Shown: positions 29,223 to 44,399, numbered from the stretch's first letter. The stretch is 64,000 nt of DNA from the human T2T-CHM13v2.0 reference genome, Homo sapiens (GCF_009914755.1 NC_060930.1); one strand, 5' to 3'. Numbers and translations are program-made. Notes: generated by a model not told the origin, from the sequence alone.

Positions 29223-29286
29223 GTATTACAGGCAGTAACAATCGTTTTACTGCTGTATTACAGGCAGTAACAATCGTTTTACTGCT
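29223..29286. repeat. Perfect 32-bp tandem duplication
   Basis: GTATTACAGGCAGTAACAATCGTTTTACTGCT x2. Confidence 0.97.
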
Positions 29287-30624
29287 GAGCAGAATTGAAC
29301 CTTGGGTGATTCAGAAGGCCCTTCGGGAGACCAACCTCATGACTGTCAACATCAAGTACCATTCGATAGTATTTGGATCAAATTCTGATTGTGGGAACTT
29401 CTTTGACATTTAAATTCCAGATGAACAAGGCTTTTCTATAACCTGTCAAACTATGCTGGTGACACACTGGAGTCCACTGTCATCCTTTGCTGGTTCCCAC
29501 CCGCCCACGTCATCCCCATGGATGAAGAGAGGGTTTGTCTACTTCGGCAAAATGTATTCATTTGAGCAGGAAGCCCTGCTCTGGTGAAAAATCATCTCTC
29601 AGACCCCACCCTCTTCCTTTGATCCTCCCACTGAATGCTGAGCTGGAAAGACGAAGCAAAGCTGTTCAGATGTAATTATTTTAATTCAGCCAGATGCTGG
29701 GAATTAGTCTCTTTTCCTTGCAAGGATTCTAGGGAGAGACAGAACTCAGCTAAAGATGCCCCAGAAGAAAAGGAGCTGACAATCTCAGGAGGAAGGGAGG
29801 GCGCTCCCTGCCCCCGACATAGACCCCTGGTGCTGGAACAGCTTAAATCAAGAAAACTGCTGCTATCCCTGGGTGAAGGAGTAGGGAGGACTGGGGAAGA
29901 AGGAGGAAGAGGAAGGGTTTAACACCTGATAGGTATTCAACCTAAGACTGCTTACCAACCCCTGGAATGCTAGACCAGTAACGGCCACCAGCATTGTCTA
30001 GAGCGTTAGAATTTCCAAAGCGCTTTCATGTATGTGACTTTATTTGGTTATAAACTAGGAAGAAAGTCACCAGCTGGGCTAGAAGCTTGGGGAAACACTG
30101 AATTTAGGTTCAAGGAATTCAGATGCACCCTTTCCTAGGCATCTGTTAGACACACTCACATTCATGAACTCCTTTAATCCTCACAGCAACCCTATCAGCG
30201 CCAAGCTGCAGGTGGAAAACGGAGGCTCTGGGAGCTGCAACAGCTCTGTTCCACAGGGCAACCGAATTCTCTCCCTTGTCTGAACTCCAGTGGCATCCAG
30301 ATCCTCAGCAGACACGTGTGTTTTGTCCATGACCTGGTGCTGAACACTCGGTCTGTGCTTCCTAATCATTCAGTCACATATTCGTGATGGGTCCTCGGGA
30401 ATGCCTACTGCACCCCGAGTCCTGCCCTGGGGGTGCACACTGGGTGGGGTTCATTCCCGCTGTCAAGTGCCTTCAGATCCACTGAGATTAACAGATAAGC
30501 AACCCGGGTGAGCAGTCACATATGAATTTTTTTGGTCATCTCTAGACTGCCCTGTACTATCGATTCTGTGTTCGTGTGTCTTATTCTTCCACTGGAAGTC
30601 CTTGGAAACAGAGTTTGTAACACC

Positions 30625-30915
30625 ACAGTCCAGTGGTTAAAGACCTTGGCTCTAGAACCAAACTGCCAAGTTTCAAATCTCTTCTACTCAGTGGCTGTGT
30701 GACCTTGGACCGATCAATTAACCTCTCTGTGCTTCAGTTTCCTTATCTATAAAAGTGAGGAAAATTAATGAGGACCATAATTCATCAGATGTTATAACAC
30801 ATCATACTACATACTACATTATATATTATAATATGTTAGGTAAGCAAGTCAATACATGTAAACCACTTACCACAGTGTATGGCCCAAAATAATGACTCAA
30901 TTAATGTTCTCTAAC
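30625..30915. mobile_element. MIR
   Basis: CAGTGGTTAAAGA ... GTGACCTTGG ... CTTCAGTTTCCTTATCTATAAAA. Confidence 0.8.
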
Positions 30916-30933
30916 ACTGTTATACCTCTATAC

Positions 30934-31600
<667 letters not shown>

Positions 31601-32631
31601 CCTCCCAGGAAGGTAGGAAAATCTTGTTTCTCCTGGTCATCCCTCCCAGCTCCATGGGAAGCTGTGTTCCCAGGGTAGCCCAGGCTTTGTTTACACTTGC
31701 ACCCTGCCTCTCCCTGCATCTGTCCCAGCCTCCTCTTCTCTCCAAGCCCCACCACTTTCCCACTTTTATAGCCACTCTTAGGTTAGATGGTGGTGCTTTT
31801 GGGGCTGAGCCCGGATCTTAGAATCAAGCTGACCTGGAGTAGAGTCATGGCTCTGCTGTTTGTCATCCTTGAGCAGGTGACTTTGCCTCTCTGAGCCTCA
31901 ATTTCCTCATCCATAGAATGGGAGTAACATTTTAGTACCTGCCTCTTAGGATGATTGTCAAGAGCAGCGATAACTTATGTAAAGTGCCTATTACTTGACA
32001 AATACTGACCATCACCATTATGATACTTTATCATTATTATTAATTATGAGGTCCCCTGAGCCCCTTCTTTGTGTGCTCAGCTGTCCCCATCTCCTGCTCC
32101 CCCACAGTCCTACAGTAAAAGCAAGACCAAGGGCTGCCTGGGACTGCAGACTTCTTCCCAACACATGCGTACGCACAGACACACTCCATCCGCCCCATGC
32201 AGGGTGTCACCCTACTCCAGAGCTGAAAGTGAAAAATGACAGCTAAATGTCAAGCACCCAGGCTTCCTTCAAGACTGAAAAGGTCTTTGCTGCCACAGTG
32301 TTGGTGCCAAGGCAGTCTCGGCTCAAGGACACGTGAGTGGTGGCTGTGATGGGGAGGGGAGGGAGCCCTGGCATGGGAGCTAGGGGACGGGGCTCAGCTG
32401 GGCTCTGCTGCTGACTGTGGGTGAGCTCCTTCTCCTCTCCGGGCCTCAGTCTGCTCAGCTATAAAAAGGGAAAACACCCACTAGCTCTGATGTTGCAAAA
32501 TTCTATGACAGCCAGGTCAGCATCAGGAGCCCTGTCTACCCTCGGTTCCCTCCAGGGGCTCAGGGAGGCCAGCCTGCACTCCATCACCCCCACCCCAACC
32601 ACGTCCTGTGCTGGAGTCCTCTGCCACTCAC

Positions 32632-32695
32632 CCTACAGTTGCTGAGCTCCTCAGCGGACAGGATGATGGTGCCACATTTCTTTCCTGGGACACCA
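32632..32695 (-). CDS. CPNE5: CPNE5 exon 8 (64 nt): GVPGKKCGTIILSAEELSNCR
   Basis: Acceptor TCTCCCAG, donor GTGAGT; phase 2 in, 0 out. Confidence 0.95.
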
Positions 32696-32994
32696 CTGGG
32701 AGAGGAGAAGATGAAAGAATGGAAAGCCAGACAAAGACAGAGCCATAAACCTGACACTCCCTCAATCAGCCCCCTGCCCATCCTCCCCCGCCCCCTACCA
32801 TCCAGCAGATCACCCCAAAGCCCCTGAGAAGACAGAGTCTCCTGAGATCCTTGTGGCAGTGTGGCCTAGTGCACTGCTTCCTGGGACCGGGTCCCCGAGC
32901 CTGGAGCTGCCCCACCCCCTGCTCCCCGAGAGCCCACCAGGAAGGGTAGTGCCTGCAGTGAAAGTCCTAGAATTGGAAAAGCATCCAGACTCAC

Positions 32995-33045
32995 CCGGAG
33001 GCTTCCAGACCAGTGGTTCTCAAACTTTCCATCCAAAGACCACTT
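32995..33045 (-). CDS. CPNE5: Candidate alternative cassette exon '7b' (51 nt, phase 2-2): (G)SGLWMESLRTTGLEAS(G)
   Basis: Acceptor GTCTTTTGCCCACAG, donor CGG|GTGAGT, stop-free in the CPNE5 frame; no transcript evidence available here. Confidence 0.55.
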
Positions 33046-34089
33046 CTGTGGGCAAAAGACCTCATGGGCTAGCCACCCCACCTCACACCCAGCTGACCCC
33101 CAGCGTCCCGGGACAGTCCAGCTCTGAGCCACTCTGATGTGTCACGGGAGGGAGGAAGGCAGGAGGGCTGGTGGGCCCTCGCTGGCAGCTTGCCCAGGCT
33201 CCTTCCCATGGCTACCTCCCCTTAAATGCCTTGGCTGGGGTCTCCCTGGGAGTGAGAGATCCCAGCCGACTGTGCAGCTCCCCAGTGAAGTGGGCAACCA
33301 GATCAAGGTCCGTGAAGTCGGTCCACCCCAGCACATCCCTCCAGGAGGGCAAGTTCTTCGGCTGGGGCTCCACTCAGGGGAACTGAACCACCTCTTCCCC
33401 TGGTTAGATAGGACCCCCTCCTTCAGGCACCATCCCAGCCCACTCTAATGTTTGGGACTAAGCCAGAGGTGGGGGAGTCCCAGTGTAGTCAGGGGCCACT
33501 GGGAGGGAGAGGAAAATGTCGGCTTGTCCAGCAGCTCTGTGACTTTGGGCTCATTCCTGTACCTCTCTGAGCCTCAGTTTTCTCCCCTATATAATGAGCG
33601 TGACTGTATATACCACACAGTGCTTGGCACAGAGAAGGCCCGCAGTGAGCAGCATCCCCCTCCCTGCACCCTTTACTTCACAATTGTGCAACGCTGGTAA
33701 AATCCAGCCTCACACCTCAGGCCAGCCACAGGGCCACCAGCATGCTGTCTGTGGAACACACTTTGAGAACCACTGATGGAGCTCTTCCCAGCACCAGCTA
33801 TTGGAGGGAGAGGCTCTCAAACAGAGGAGGCAGGGGAGGAAGGGAAGCCGGCCCTGGAGGGCTGGCAGGACAGCCCAGATCTCTCCAAATCAGGTGAGCA
33901 GAGCGGGGGCCACATCTGGGGCATCCCCTGCCACGGACAGGGGACAGTGCCTGCCAGGTTGTCCCCCTAGACTTGGGCAGCTGAGCTGAGTGCCTCAAAG
34001 CCCCTCCCCACCCGCTGGTCTGGTCCTCCATGGTAGTAAAGACATGATTTGTTTGCCCAGGGAGATAGAATCCTCCACGCCAGCCTCCT

Positions 34090-34285
34090 CCGCCCCATGT
34101 TTCTCCATCTGTTCCTCTCTTTGCCTCTGAGTCCTTCTTCTATTTCCGATCCTTCTTTCCCTCCTCTCCAGCCCCAACCTGCTCCCACCTTCTTGGCCTT
34201 CCTTTCTCTCTCTCCCTCCCTCCCTGTCTTTGTATCTCTGTCTGACTCCTGCTGCCTCCCCAGTTGCTGCTTCTCTACTCTCCAG
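34090..34285. repeat. CT-rich low-complexity tract
   Basis: Direct reading. Confidence 0.8.
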
Positions 34286-34754
34286 GTGAATTAGCATCCA
34301 TGCTCTCCCTGGGCTGTGAGCATCCCCGGGCCCGCCGGAGGCCCCTTCCCCACCTGCAGCTGGTCCAGTGGCATATCCAGCTGCTGCAACCTCAATTCCT
34401 GAGAGCTCTCAGGGAAGGCCAGGGGAGCTCTGCTTACCCCAACAAAATGCCCTTCTGCAGAGGCCCCTCCAGGCAGAGGTTCCCTGCCCTGCACACCCCC
34501 ACCTCCAGCCCCAGTGGGCGAGTGGGCGTGAGAAAGAAGCCAGGGTGGGAACTCCCCAACCGGGAAAGAAGGGGAGGGAAGGAGGGGGAGGCTCTGCGTT
34601 GGCCACATTTGCATGAGGCCAGCCGAAGCCAGATGGTCAGGGTGGTGGAGTGAGGCTGGCCCACCGCAGCTGGCGAGCAAACGAGCAAACGTGAAAAGTG
34701 GGGATTCAGCTGGATCTACTCTGTGGTGAGGAGGAGGCGGACATCCAGCAGCCA

Positions 34755-34873
34755 AAACAAGGGAGGGGAACAGGGGGGAAAGGATAAAGACAGGGGAGGA
34801 AAGAGGGGGAGAGAAGGGTGGGGATTGGGGGCCTAGAGAAGCCAGGCCAGGGAGAGAGGAAGGGAACAGAGAG
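34755..34873. repeat. GA-rich low-complexity tract
   Basis: Direct reading. Confidence 0.8.
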
Positions 34874-35188
34874 TGCCCAGCCCCGCTATTCATAGACAAC
34901 ATCCCCCACCTGTAAGCCCCACCCTCTCCCTGAAGTCCCAGGAGCCACTGGGGCTTGAGATGCCCAAGCTCTAGCTTGGATGGGGGAGGGGCCCACTGCC
35001 GAGTGGGGGCCTCTGTTCAGGGCCCAAAGAGCCTGGGTGCCTAAGGAGGAACCCAGGACTCTCTGTCCCCGGATCAGGGCCAAATTCGCAGTGATGGGAG
35101 CAGGGACGAGGCCCAGACTCTGAGGCCCCCTTTGCAGAGCTGGCTGAATGTCTAAGGACTCCAGGGCCAGAGATGTCTGGCAACGTAC

Positions 35189-35248
35189 CCGTTGGACACA
35201 GCTGGCATGGGTTTGCCCGTCCTGGAATTCAGGCTGAATGCGCCTATC
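35189..35248 (-). CDS. CPNE5: CPNE5 exon 7 (60 nt, phase 2-2): IGAFSLNSRTGKPMPAVSN(G), linker insert
   Basis: Acceptor CCACAG with pyrimidine tract, donor GTACGT; open in the frame joining exons 6 and 8; peptide recognised from CPNE5. Confidence 0.9.
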
Positions 35249-35428
35249 CTGTGGAGAGAGAGGGGGAGAGAGAGCATGCCATGAGCTGAGTACCCCCACC
35301 CAGACAGGCCAGCGCACTTGGCATCCAGATGCTTGGAGACAAGCGGCTGCTCTGGAAGTCATTAAAACAGGATCAAAGCCACAGGCCAGAGCAAGTGGAG
35401 TCCTTCTTCTGGGCAAATTCCTCTCCTT

Positions 35429-35602
35429 CAGTGGTTCTCAAGGTGGGATGCCCAGACCAGCAGCACCAGCATGTCCTGGGAATGTTATTAATAGGAATGT
35501 AAATTCCCAGGCCGAGCCCATACCCACAGGATCAGGAACTCTGCGGGGTGGAGCCCAGCAATCTTTGGTGACACTGGTACCTGCTGCAGCTTGGGAACCC
35601 CT
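35429..35602. mobile_element. MER5A
   Basis: CAGTGGTTCTCAAGGTG ... GGGTGGAGCCCAGCAATCT ... TTGGGAACCCCTG. Confidence 0.8.
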
Positions 35603-35672
35603 GTTCTCCCTTTCCAGACTCCGCATCCAGACTGCAAGATGGGGAGACTGCTGGAAGAATCACATGAGATCA

Positions 35673-36372
<700 letters not shown>

Positions 36373-36482
36373 GATTTCACAAGCAAAACACTGACCCTCA
36401 TGCCTGGCCCAAAATAGATGCCCAGTAAACAGGAGCTGTTCACAGGGTTTAGTCAGGAAGACAACTAAACTAAGATATGTGA

Positions 36483-36847
<365 letters not shown>

Positions 36848-37505
36848 AACCTCTATATTTTAGAACTTGCTTGTCCTTTAAGGCTCAGTTTCAAAAGCCA
36901 TCTCCATAGGAAGTCTCCCTCAATACTCCCCCACCCCCAGAGGGTGTTTCCTGTCACCAACGGTGGACCAGGTGAGATCAGGAAGGAAACAGACCCAAAT
37001 GACTAGTGGCTTTGGACCCAGGCAGCTGGGAGTTGGGAAGCACAGACACCCTCCCTCATAGGGCATCTCCATCCTGGCAACCCAGGTAAAGCCACGGGTG
37101 GGGGTGCTGCTGGAAAGAGCAGATGCTAATGGGTATGCTACACTCAGCACATGGTTAACACTGAAGTGGGCACAGGGGCAGATGTTCCTAGAGAAAGAAT
37201 ATAAAATTACGAATGAAAACTGTTAGAAATAAGTCCTAAGAGGGAGGGGCCTAGCAAATATGAATGTGAATTTTGTATGCTTTTTTGCAAGAGGCCCTCA
37301 AATTCTATAAGCTATAGAGACCCCCAAAACAGGGGTTTTCCCCCATTCTCAATAAATGATAGCTATTTTCACTGTTTTCTAGGAACCCAGAGATGAGACC
37401 TTTTGGGGGCCAAGGAAACATTTCCGGGGGCCCTGAAGTTATCATGAGTTACTGGGGGTCACGGGCAAGGATCTGGAAGAGAGACCACACACACACACAT
37501 TGCAG

Positions 37506-37803
37506 TTATTATTATTATTATTATTTTGAGACAGAGTCTCACTCTGTTGCCCAGGTTGGAGTACAGTAGCCCAATCTCGGCTCACTGCAACCTCCTGGGT
37601 TCAAGTGATTCTCGTGCCTCAGCCTCCAGAGTAGCTGGGACTACAGGTGTGCACCACCACACCCAGCTAATTTTTTTGTATTTTTAGTAGAGACAGGGTT
37701 GCACCATGTTGGCCAAGCTGGTCTCGAACTCCTGAGCTCAGGCGATCCATCGCCTTGGCCTCCCAAAGTGCTGAGATTACAGGCGTGAGCCACCGTGCCC
37801 GGT
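37506..37803 (-). mobile_element. Alu with (TTA)n tail
   Basis: Flanking repeat TGCAGTTATT. Confidence 0.92.
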
Positions 37804-37953
37804 TCACACTGCAGTTATTGATCATGGTGAGGGGACAGCGTCCAGTGGGAACTTGGCAGAAGATCTGATGATCTCCCTTTCCCGGCCGCTTTGCCCTGTG
37901 GCCTGGATGCCTGTCCCAGTCTGCCCTCTCTTTCCTGGGCCCTGCCCACGAGT

Positions 37954-38110
37954 GTCAACCTAAAATAATCAAAAGCCTCGGGATCCAGTTAAATTAGTTT
38001 ATTTAAATGCAAAGTGTGAGGGTGGCCGTCCAGAGAAATATGGACACCAAAGAATGGTGACCAGTGTTCCCCAGTGTGGGGAAAGGTAAGAATCGTTTAT
38101 ACAGGCAAGG
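37954..38110 (-). mobile_element. ERV1-type LTR fragment
   Basis: TGTCAACCTAAAATAATCAAAAG ... AGTTTATT resembles the reverse 3' end of MER4-group LTRs. Confidence 0.5.
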
Positions 38111-38763
38111 GCCCTGCCCCTGGTACTTCCTGAGAAATAGGGACAAGAGAGGTCACCCTCACCACACGGCCAGCCCTGGCTGGTCCCTGAAGACATCATC
38201 AGGCTCCACTGTGAGAAGCCTTGGATTCCTCATCCCAGAGCCCGCTTCAGAGTAACAGCTTTTCCCTAAAAGCAAATTAAGGTCAGGGACCATCAGGGAC
38301 AGGATGGGACGGGAGGAGCCTCACTGTACCCAGCTCTGGCCTACAAGCTGTGAACAATCTTAGGAATATGCTATGTGAGTAGAGCCCTGGGTTCAAATCC
38401 CAGCTCCCAGCTCTCCCTCTTCCTAGCTGTGTGTCCTTGGGCAAGTCACTTCCCCTCTCTGGGCTTCAGTTTCTTCTTCCACACTATGATAGGGGTCAGG
38501 GTGGGAATAGACTATATGGTGTCTAGTCTATTTCCTCCTGGGCCTTCCCAGGAGATGGGACTCTAATAACCCATCCTGGGTTCCCCTGAAATACCTGGAT
38601 TAGAAGCCCTGTGAGAGCAGTGAGGCATGGGGTCTCTTTATTCCTAATAACCCTGCAGATGCCAGTCATAGCCAGCTGACTGCTTTGTCCCCATCCTGAG
38701 CCAGCCCCCAGCAGAATGGGCGGGAAGTTGGCCTACCACTGGGAAAGCAACCCAGACACTCAC

Positions 38764-38840
38764 GTGAGGGGCTTTTCCAGGCGGCTCCCAGGGGACCCCA
38801 CAATCTCTCCAAGGGTGCAGAAGGCCTGGCCCAGGAAATC
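38764..38840 (-). CDS. CPNE5: CPNE5 exon 6 (77 nt): DFLGQAFCTLGEIVGSPGSRLEKPL(T)
   Basis: Acceptor ATGCAG, donor GTGAGT; DFLG motif of C2A. Confidence 0.95.
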
Positions 38841-39053
38841 CTGCATATCCAGGGAACAGAAGAGACCAGTGTCACCCACTCTGCTCACAGCTATCCCACC
38901 TCCCCCATCGCCCAATTCCTGGAAGCGTGAGGGCCCTTAAATGACAGGACGCAGCGTCGGACACACATTCCATCACAGCAAAGCCCCAGGCTCACCCAGA
39001 GGATGGCATTTCAGAAACTATGGAATTGCTGAGCAGTTACTGGCAGAACTCAC

Positions 39054-39093
39054 GTGTTTGGATAAATCAGGACTCTTAGAGTCAACGTCGTAT
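39054..39093 (-). CDS. CPNE5: CPNE5 exon 5 (40 nt): YDVDSKSPDLSKH
   Basis: Acceptor CTGCAG, donor GTGAGT; DxD calcium-ligand loop of C2A. Confidence 0.95.
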
Positions 39094-39204
39094 CTGCAGG
39101 GAACACAGAGAAATGATGAAGGCAGCTGCGGACGTTCTGCCCAATCCTGCCTGGGTTCTCAAGTTGAGTCAGGGCCCCTGTCCCCCAAAAAACAGGTCCC
39201 AACA

Positions 39205-39395
39205 CAGTGAATATTTCTAGGAGTAATGGTTGGAAGACATGACAGGGAGCCTTCTGGGTGCTGGACATGTTCTGTCCTTGAGCTGGGTGACATCAGAGGG
39301 GTGGAAACGGATGTAAAAATGCATCGTGGAGTAGGCACAAAGATTTATGCGCTTCACTGTATATATGTTATACCTCATTAAAAATGGAAAAAACT
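39205..39395 (+). mobile_element. L1ME-type 3' end
   Basis: GGAGCCTTCTGGGTGCTGG ... TATATGTTATACCTCATTAAAAA. Confidence 0.7.
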
Positions 39396-40565
39396 AAATC
39401 AATGAGCTCTGTTCACAGGTGGCTAAGCCATCTTACCTTTCACTCCCTTCACTTACAGAGTTCTCCATCTTTGCTCTTTGCAGCCTAGCCTTGGCTGCCC
39501 GTGGTGCTAATACCTTGCTTCTGACCTTCCCTTATAGCTTCACCCTACCCAGGCCTGCCCAGCTTGCCCACAGGCCTGGTCACTCAAGAAGGAGGGAGGC
39601 ATTGACACCTTCACCTCAGCTGGCTGCAGGCAGCGTGATGCTACAGCTGGCCTCCTCCCCTCACCTGGGGCCTGCTCACCGGGGGCCTGATCACCTGGAG
39701 CCTCACCTGCAACCTTCCCCCAGCATCTCCCACCCACCCACTGGCATCTCTGCAGCCAAACAGCCATGCCAGGCCCAGATGACTCCTGCTGAGGGATGGT
39801 CACTCTCTTATCAACCTTCTCCAAAATGTCACCAGGTGACTTCTCTACAATAGGCTGTGTTGACTCTCCTCAGCTTCAATACCTCCCATCTCTCCCTCCA
39901 AAGTCATTTCCTTCCACTGCATTCTTTCCTTTTCTCCCTAAGATCCCAAACCCCCTTCTTTCCCACCCTGACCACTCTTCTGTGGGGCAAAGACTTTTCA
40001 AACCATCCCATACCCCATAAAAACAACATCACAAACTCCCCAGCCTGTTTACCAAGCCTGAAATTCCACCCTGATCTTTAATGTCAGGAGAAAGGCACTC
40101 TCATGTTCCGACGGATGCTGGATGCCTGAGCCCCATCAGCCAGGCCACCTCTGCAGGCGGGGAGGCTGCAGGGACCCTCTCCCAGAACACGCTTAGATGG
40201 AGGAAGCAGCCAGTGGGTACCTCCTGGTTGCCAGGGGAGAAAAGGGCTCCCAGAGGCACAGCCAAGAGTTGCCTTCAGGATCTTTCCTCAGCAGACATTC
40301 CCCAGCACCAAGCAGCTTGCCTGATGCCATCCCCAACTTAACTGAGACGAACTGGGGTGAATGCCATTGTTCTCTCTCTTCTTCCCCCTTTCCATCTCTC
40401 CTGGTAAGGGTGCAGGCGACTTCAGCTAATTGTCACTTCTATCCCAGGCCAACCCTGGGCTCCCACTAATTTCTCAGCTCCTTCCTCAACCACAGGTCTG
40501 TGGTCCTACCTGCCAGCAATCTTCCTCCCCACCTGGCTGCATCTTCAGCACCATCTTCCACTTAC

Positions 40566-40669
40566 AGATCAAAACGGAGGTTCTGCTTCTCCTCGAAAAA
40601 GTAATCCACAATGAACTTGCGCACGAAGTCAGGATTGAGCGTGTTGTCGATGACTTCGGTGCGCCCAAA
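40566..40669 (-). CDS. CPNE5: CPNE5 exon 4 (104 nt): [34 protein letters not shown](L)
   Basis: Acceptor TTGCAG, donor GTAAGT; copine C2A core GRTEVI..NLNP. Confidence 0.96.
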
Positions 40670-41175
40670 CTGCAAGAGAAGATGGAGGGTGAACCTCAGG
40701 GCCGGGCTGGTGGGGCCGGCTGGTGGGGCAGGGGAGAGCACTGGGCTCAGAGCCCCTTAGTCCTGGTTCTGGCAGTTATGAAAGCCCTGTCTCTCCAGGC
40801 TCCTGACATCCATCCCCTCCCAATCAAAGCACGAGTTCTTCCATCTGACAGTGGAAGCCATGTACAGTATGGCTCCAACCCGTACTGCTTCTTCCCATCT
40901 CCATGCAAGCTGATGGTCTTAATACCTGAGCAGGCCCTTCCCTTCACCTGGCCTCCCTGTCTCTGCCAGTGGCATATCCTCATTCCTTCAAGGCCTGATG
41001 TAAATGCCACCTCCTCCAGGAAGCCTTCCTGATTCCTCCAATCAGAGAATTTTATTTCTCTGAGCCTCCACCGAACTTGCGCCCACTCCATGACCACCAT
41101 TCTGAGAATTGATTCCACAATTAGGTGTGTACTTATTTGATTCCCAATTGCAAACACAAGGGCATAGGCAGGGAC

Positions 41176-41715
41176 TGTAGGAGACCACCTCCTAAAAGAT
41201 CCCCACCTTTTGGTATTCATGCCCTTGCATAATCAGCTCCTCTCGAACGTGGGCTGGACCTAGTGACACACTTGTACTGAACAGAGTATCTCACAAGTCA
41301 TAGAATGTCACTTCCAAGGTTATGTTGTAAACAACTATGACTTCCGTCTGGGCACCCTCTCTTGCTCTGTCTTGCTTGCTCACTTGATAAAACCAGCTGC
41401 CATGTTGTGAGCTGCCTTATGAAGGGGCGGCAAGGAAAGGATGAGGCCCCAGGCTAATACCAGTGAGGAACAGTGGCTGTCAATCTGCCCATCCGTAAGA
41501 ATTGGAATCCTGCCAACAACCACTGGGTGAGCTTGCAAGCAAATCTTGCCCAGTTGAACCTTGAGATGATTGAGGCCCCAGCCAACACCTTCACTGTGAC
41601 CTTGTGAGAGACCCTGAGCCGGAGGACCCAGCAAAGCTGCACTCAGATTCCTGCCTGCTGTTTAAACCACTAAATTCTGGGATAATTTATTACTCAGCAA
41701 TAGCTAACTAATTCA
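41176..41715 (+). mobile_element. MaLR LTR (MLT1F-like)
   Basis: GGTATTCATGCCCTTG ... CAGCTGCCATGTTGTGAGCTGCC ... CAGCAATAGCTAACTAA. Confidence 0.8.
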
Positions 41716-41834
41716 GAGACTGAATTGTCTTGGTTGCCCTTGCAGCTGATATTCTAGAATTTTATACATAATAGGCAGTCAATAATTGAATCCCATTCAA
41801 TTTTGCAAATGACTTTAGGCCAAATCACTCCCCA

Positions 41835-41996
41835 TCTTTGGGCATCAGAATCACTTGGTAAAATACAGATTGTGGAGGGCCTCACTCCAGAGGCTCTGAC
41901 TCAGTAGGTCTAGTGGAGCCTGGGAATCTGCATTTTAAAAGTCCTCAGGTGATGCTGATGCTGTGGGTCTGGGGACTCCACTTTGAGAACCACTGG
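41835..41996. mobile_element. MER5A
   Basis: GCATCAGAATCAC ... CAGGTGATGCTGATGC ... CACTTTGAGAACCACTG. Confidence 0.85.
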
Positions 41997-42199
41997 GCTA
42001 GGTGGTGTTCCACTGGGATCCAAGTCCCCTGGAGGCTCCATAGGCCATAGAGGAGGGCAGAATGGGCACGATTCTAGGCCAACCATCCCATCAAAGCGGC
42101 TCTCTTTTATATCTGCTCAATACAGTAGACATTTTGAGCAAAATTTTTGTTTCAAAAAAGGGGTGAGGGGCTAAGAGGTGAAGTTTAAACCCACTGCAT

Positions 42200-42900
<701 letters not shown>

Positions 42901-42904
42901 AAAA

Positions 42905-43077
42905 CATTAGCTAGGCATAGTACCATGCACTTGGGGTCCCAGCTACTCAGGAGGCTAAGGTTGGGGGATGGTTGAGCCCAGGAGGGTGATACTGCAGTGA
43001 GCTATGATCACACCACTGCACTCCAGCTTGGGCAATAGAGAGAGACTCTGTCTCTAAAAACAAAAACAAACAAAAAA
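42905..43077 (+). mobile_element. Alu right monomer (FRAM/AluJ)
   Basis: Single arm with A-rich tail. Confidence 0.85.
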
Positions 43078-43347
43078 TCCACCACACTGTATGCTCCATG
43101 AAGGCAGGGGTGCTGTTCGTTACAATATTTACCAGAGTCTCAAAGTAGTAAGACAGGCAGGTGCAAAGCAAAATATTTTAAATGGGCATTAATCCTTCTT
43201 AATAATCTTGAGTGTCAGAGTGTCAGTCTTCCTTGATGGGGCTCTGCAGTCCAGGAAAACACCAGCACATGGGCCCCTCACACATGTGGTAGATGAGGCC
43301 CTGGGTTACCTGGGGCTTACCCTGAGTGTCCCTTCTACCCTGAATTA

Positions 43348-43654
<307 letters not shown>

Positions 43655-44399
43655 CTGGAGAGGGAAGCTCCCACTCCAGGTAACATGGGGTCATCTGAGG
43701 AACACTAGATTTGGCATCTTTTGTCCCTCACTCCCTTGGTGAGTCAATCTCATGTTCCAGTCAATCTCATCGGCTAAATCTCTTCCTTTGCTGTGGCCTT
43801 GGTCTGGCCTCATCACTTTCTCACCTTGTCACCTCGACTACCACGGCAACCTCCTAAGGGGCCCCCAGTATGTGCCAATTCCTAATGCTTGGAGCCTCCG
43901 CTCCCTGGCCATCCTGTTCTCCAACTCCCCACCCCTCCTGTGTGCGCCCATCATCCTCCTGCATCTCTAAGGCTGCACTTACTCTGCGGCCTGATAATGA
44001 TCTACTGAGTCTATTTCTACCCCTCTAGATTGTGAGCTTCTCAAGCAGGAGGAGAATCCAAGTTCTCCTCATCTTTGTAGCCCAGGACCTAACACAGCAT
44101 TTAATACACAGCCGCGGGTTTAGATCATAATAGCTACTGTTTATTGAACACATGCAATGCACCAGGAGCGGTTTTAAACATTTTGTGCCGTATGGATATT
44201 GACCGATTTTGCATCTATGTGTAAATTCATTTCAACATTCCTGATCACCTATATGTGTGTGTTGTTTGAATTATTTGAACTGGTTGCAACATCTTACTGG
44301 TTTCCTCATTAATTAACAGGCTTTGATAATAAATATTTGTCACGCTAATTTTAAACTTGTATGGCAGTCATGATTTTACCTTTTTAAAAAATATATGCT

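Noticed and set aside
33011-33775. Single hAT element bounded by CAGTGGTTCTCAAA and TTTGAGAACCACTG
   Set aside because: Flanks show no matching 8-bp TSD and the interior is not recognisable; may be two unrelated relics.
40545-40560. REST/RE1-like TTCAGCACC
   Set aside because: Only the left half-site; no GGACAG right half at the proper spacing.
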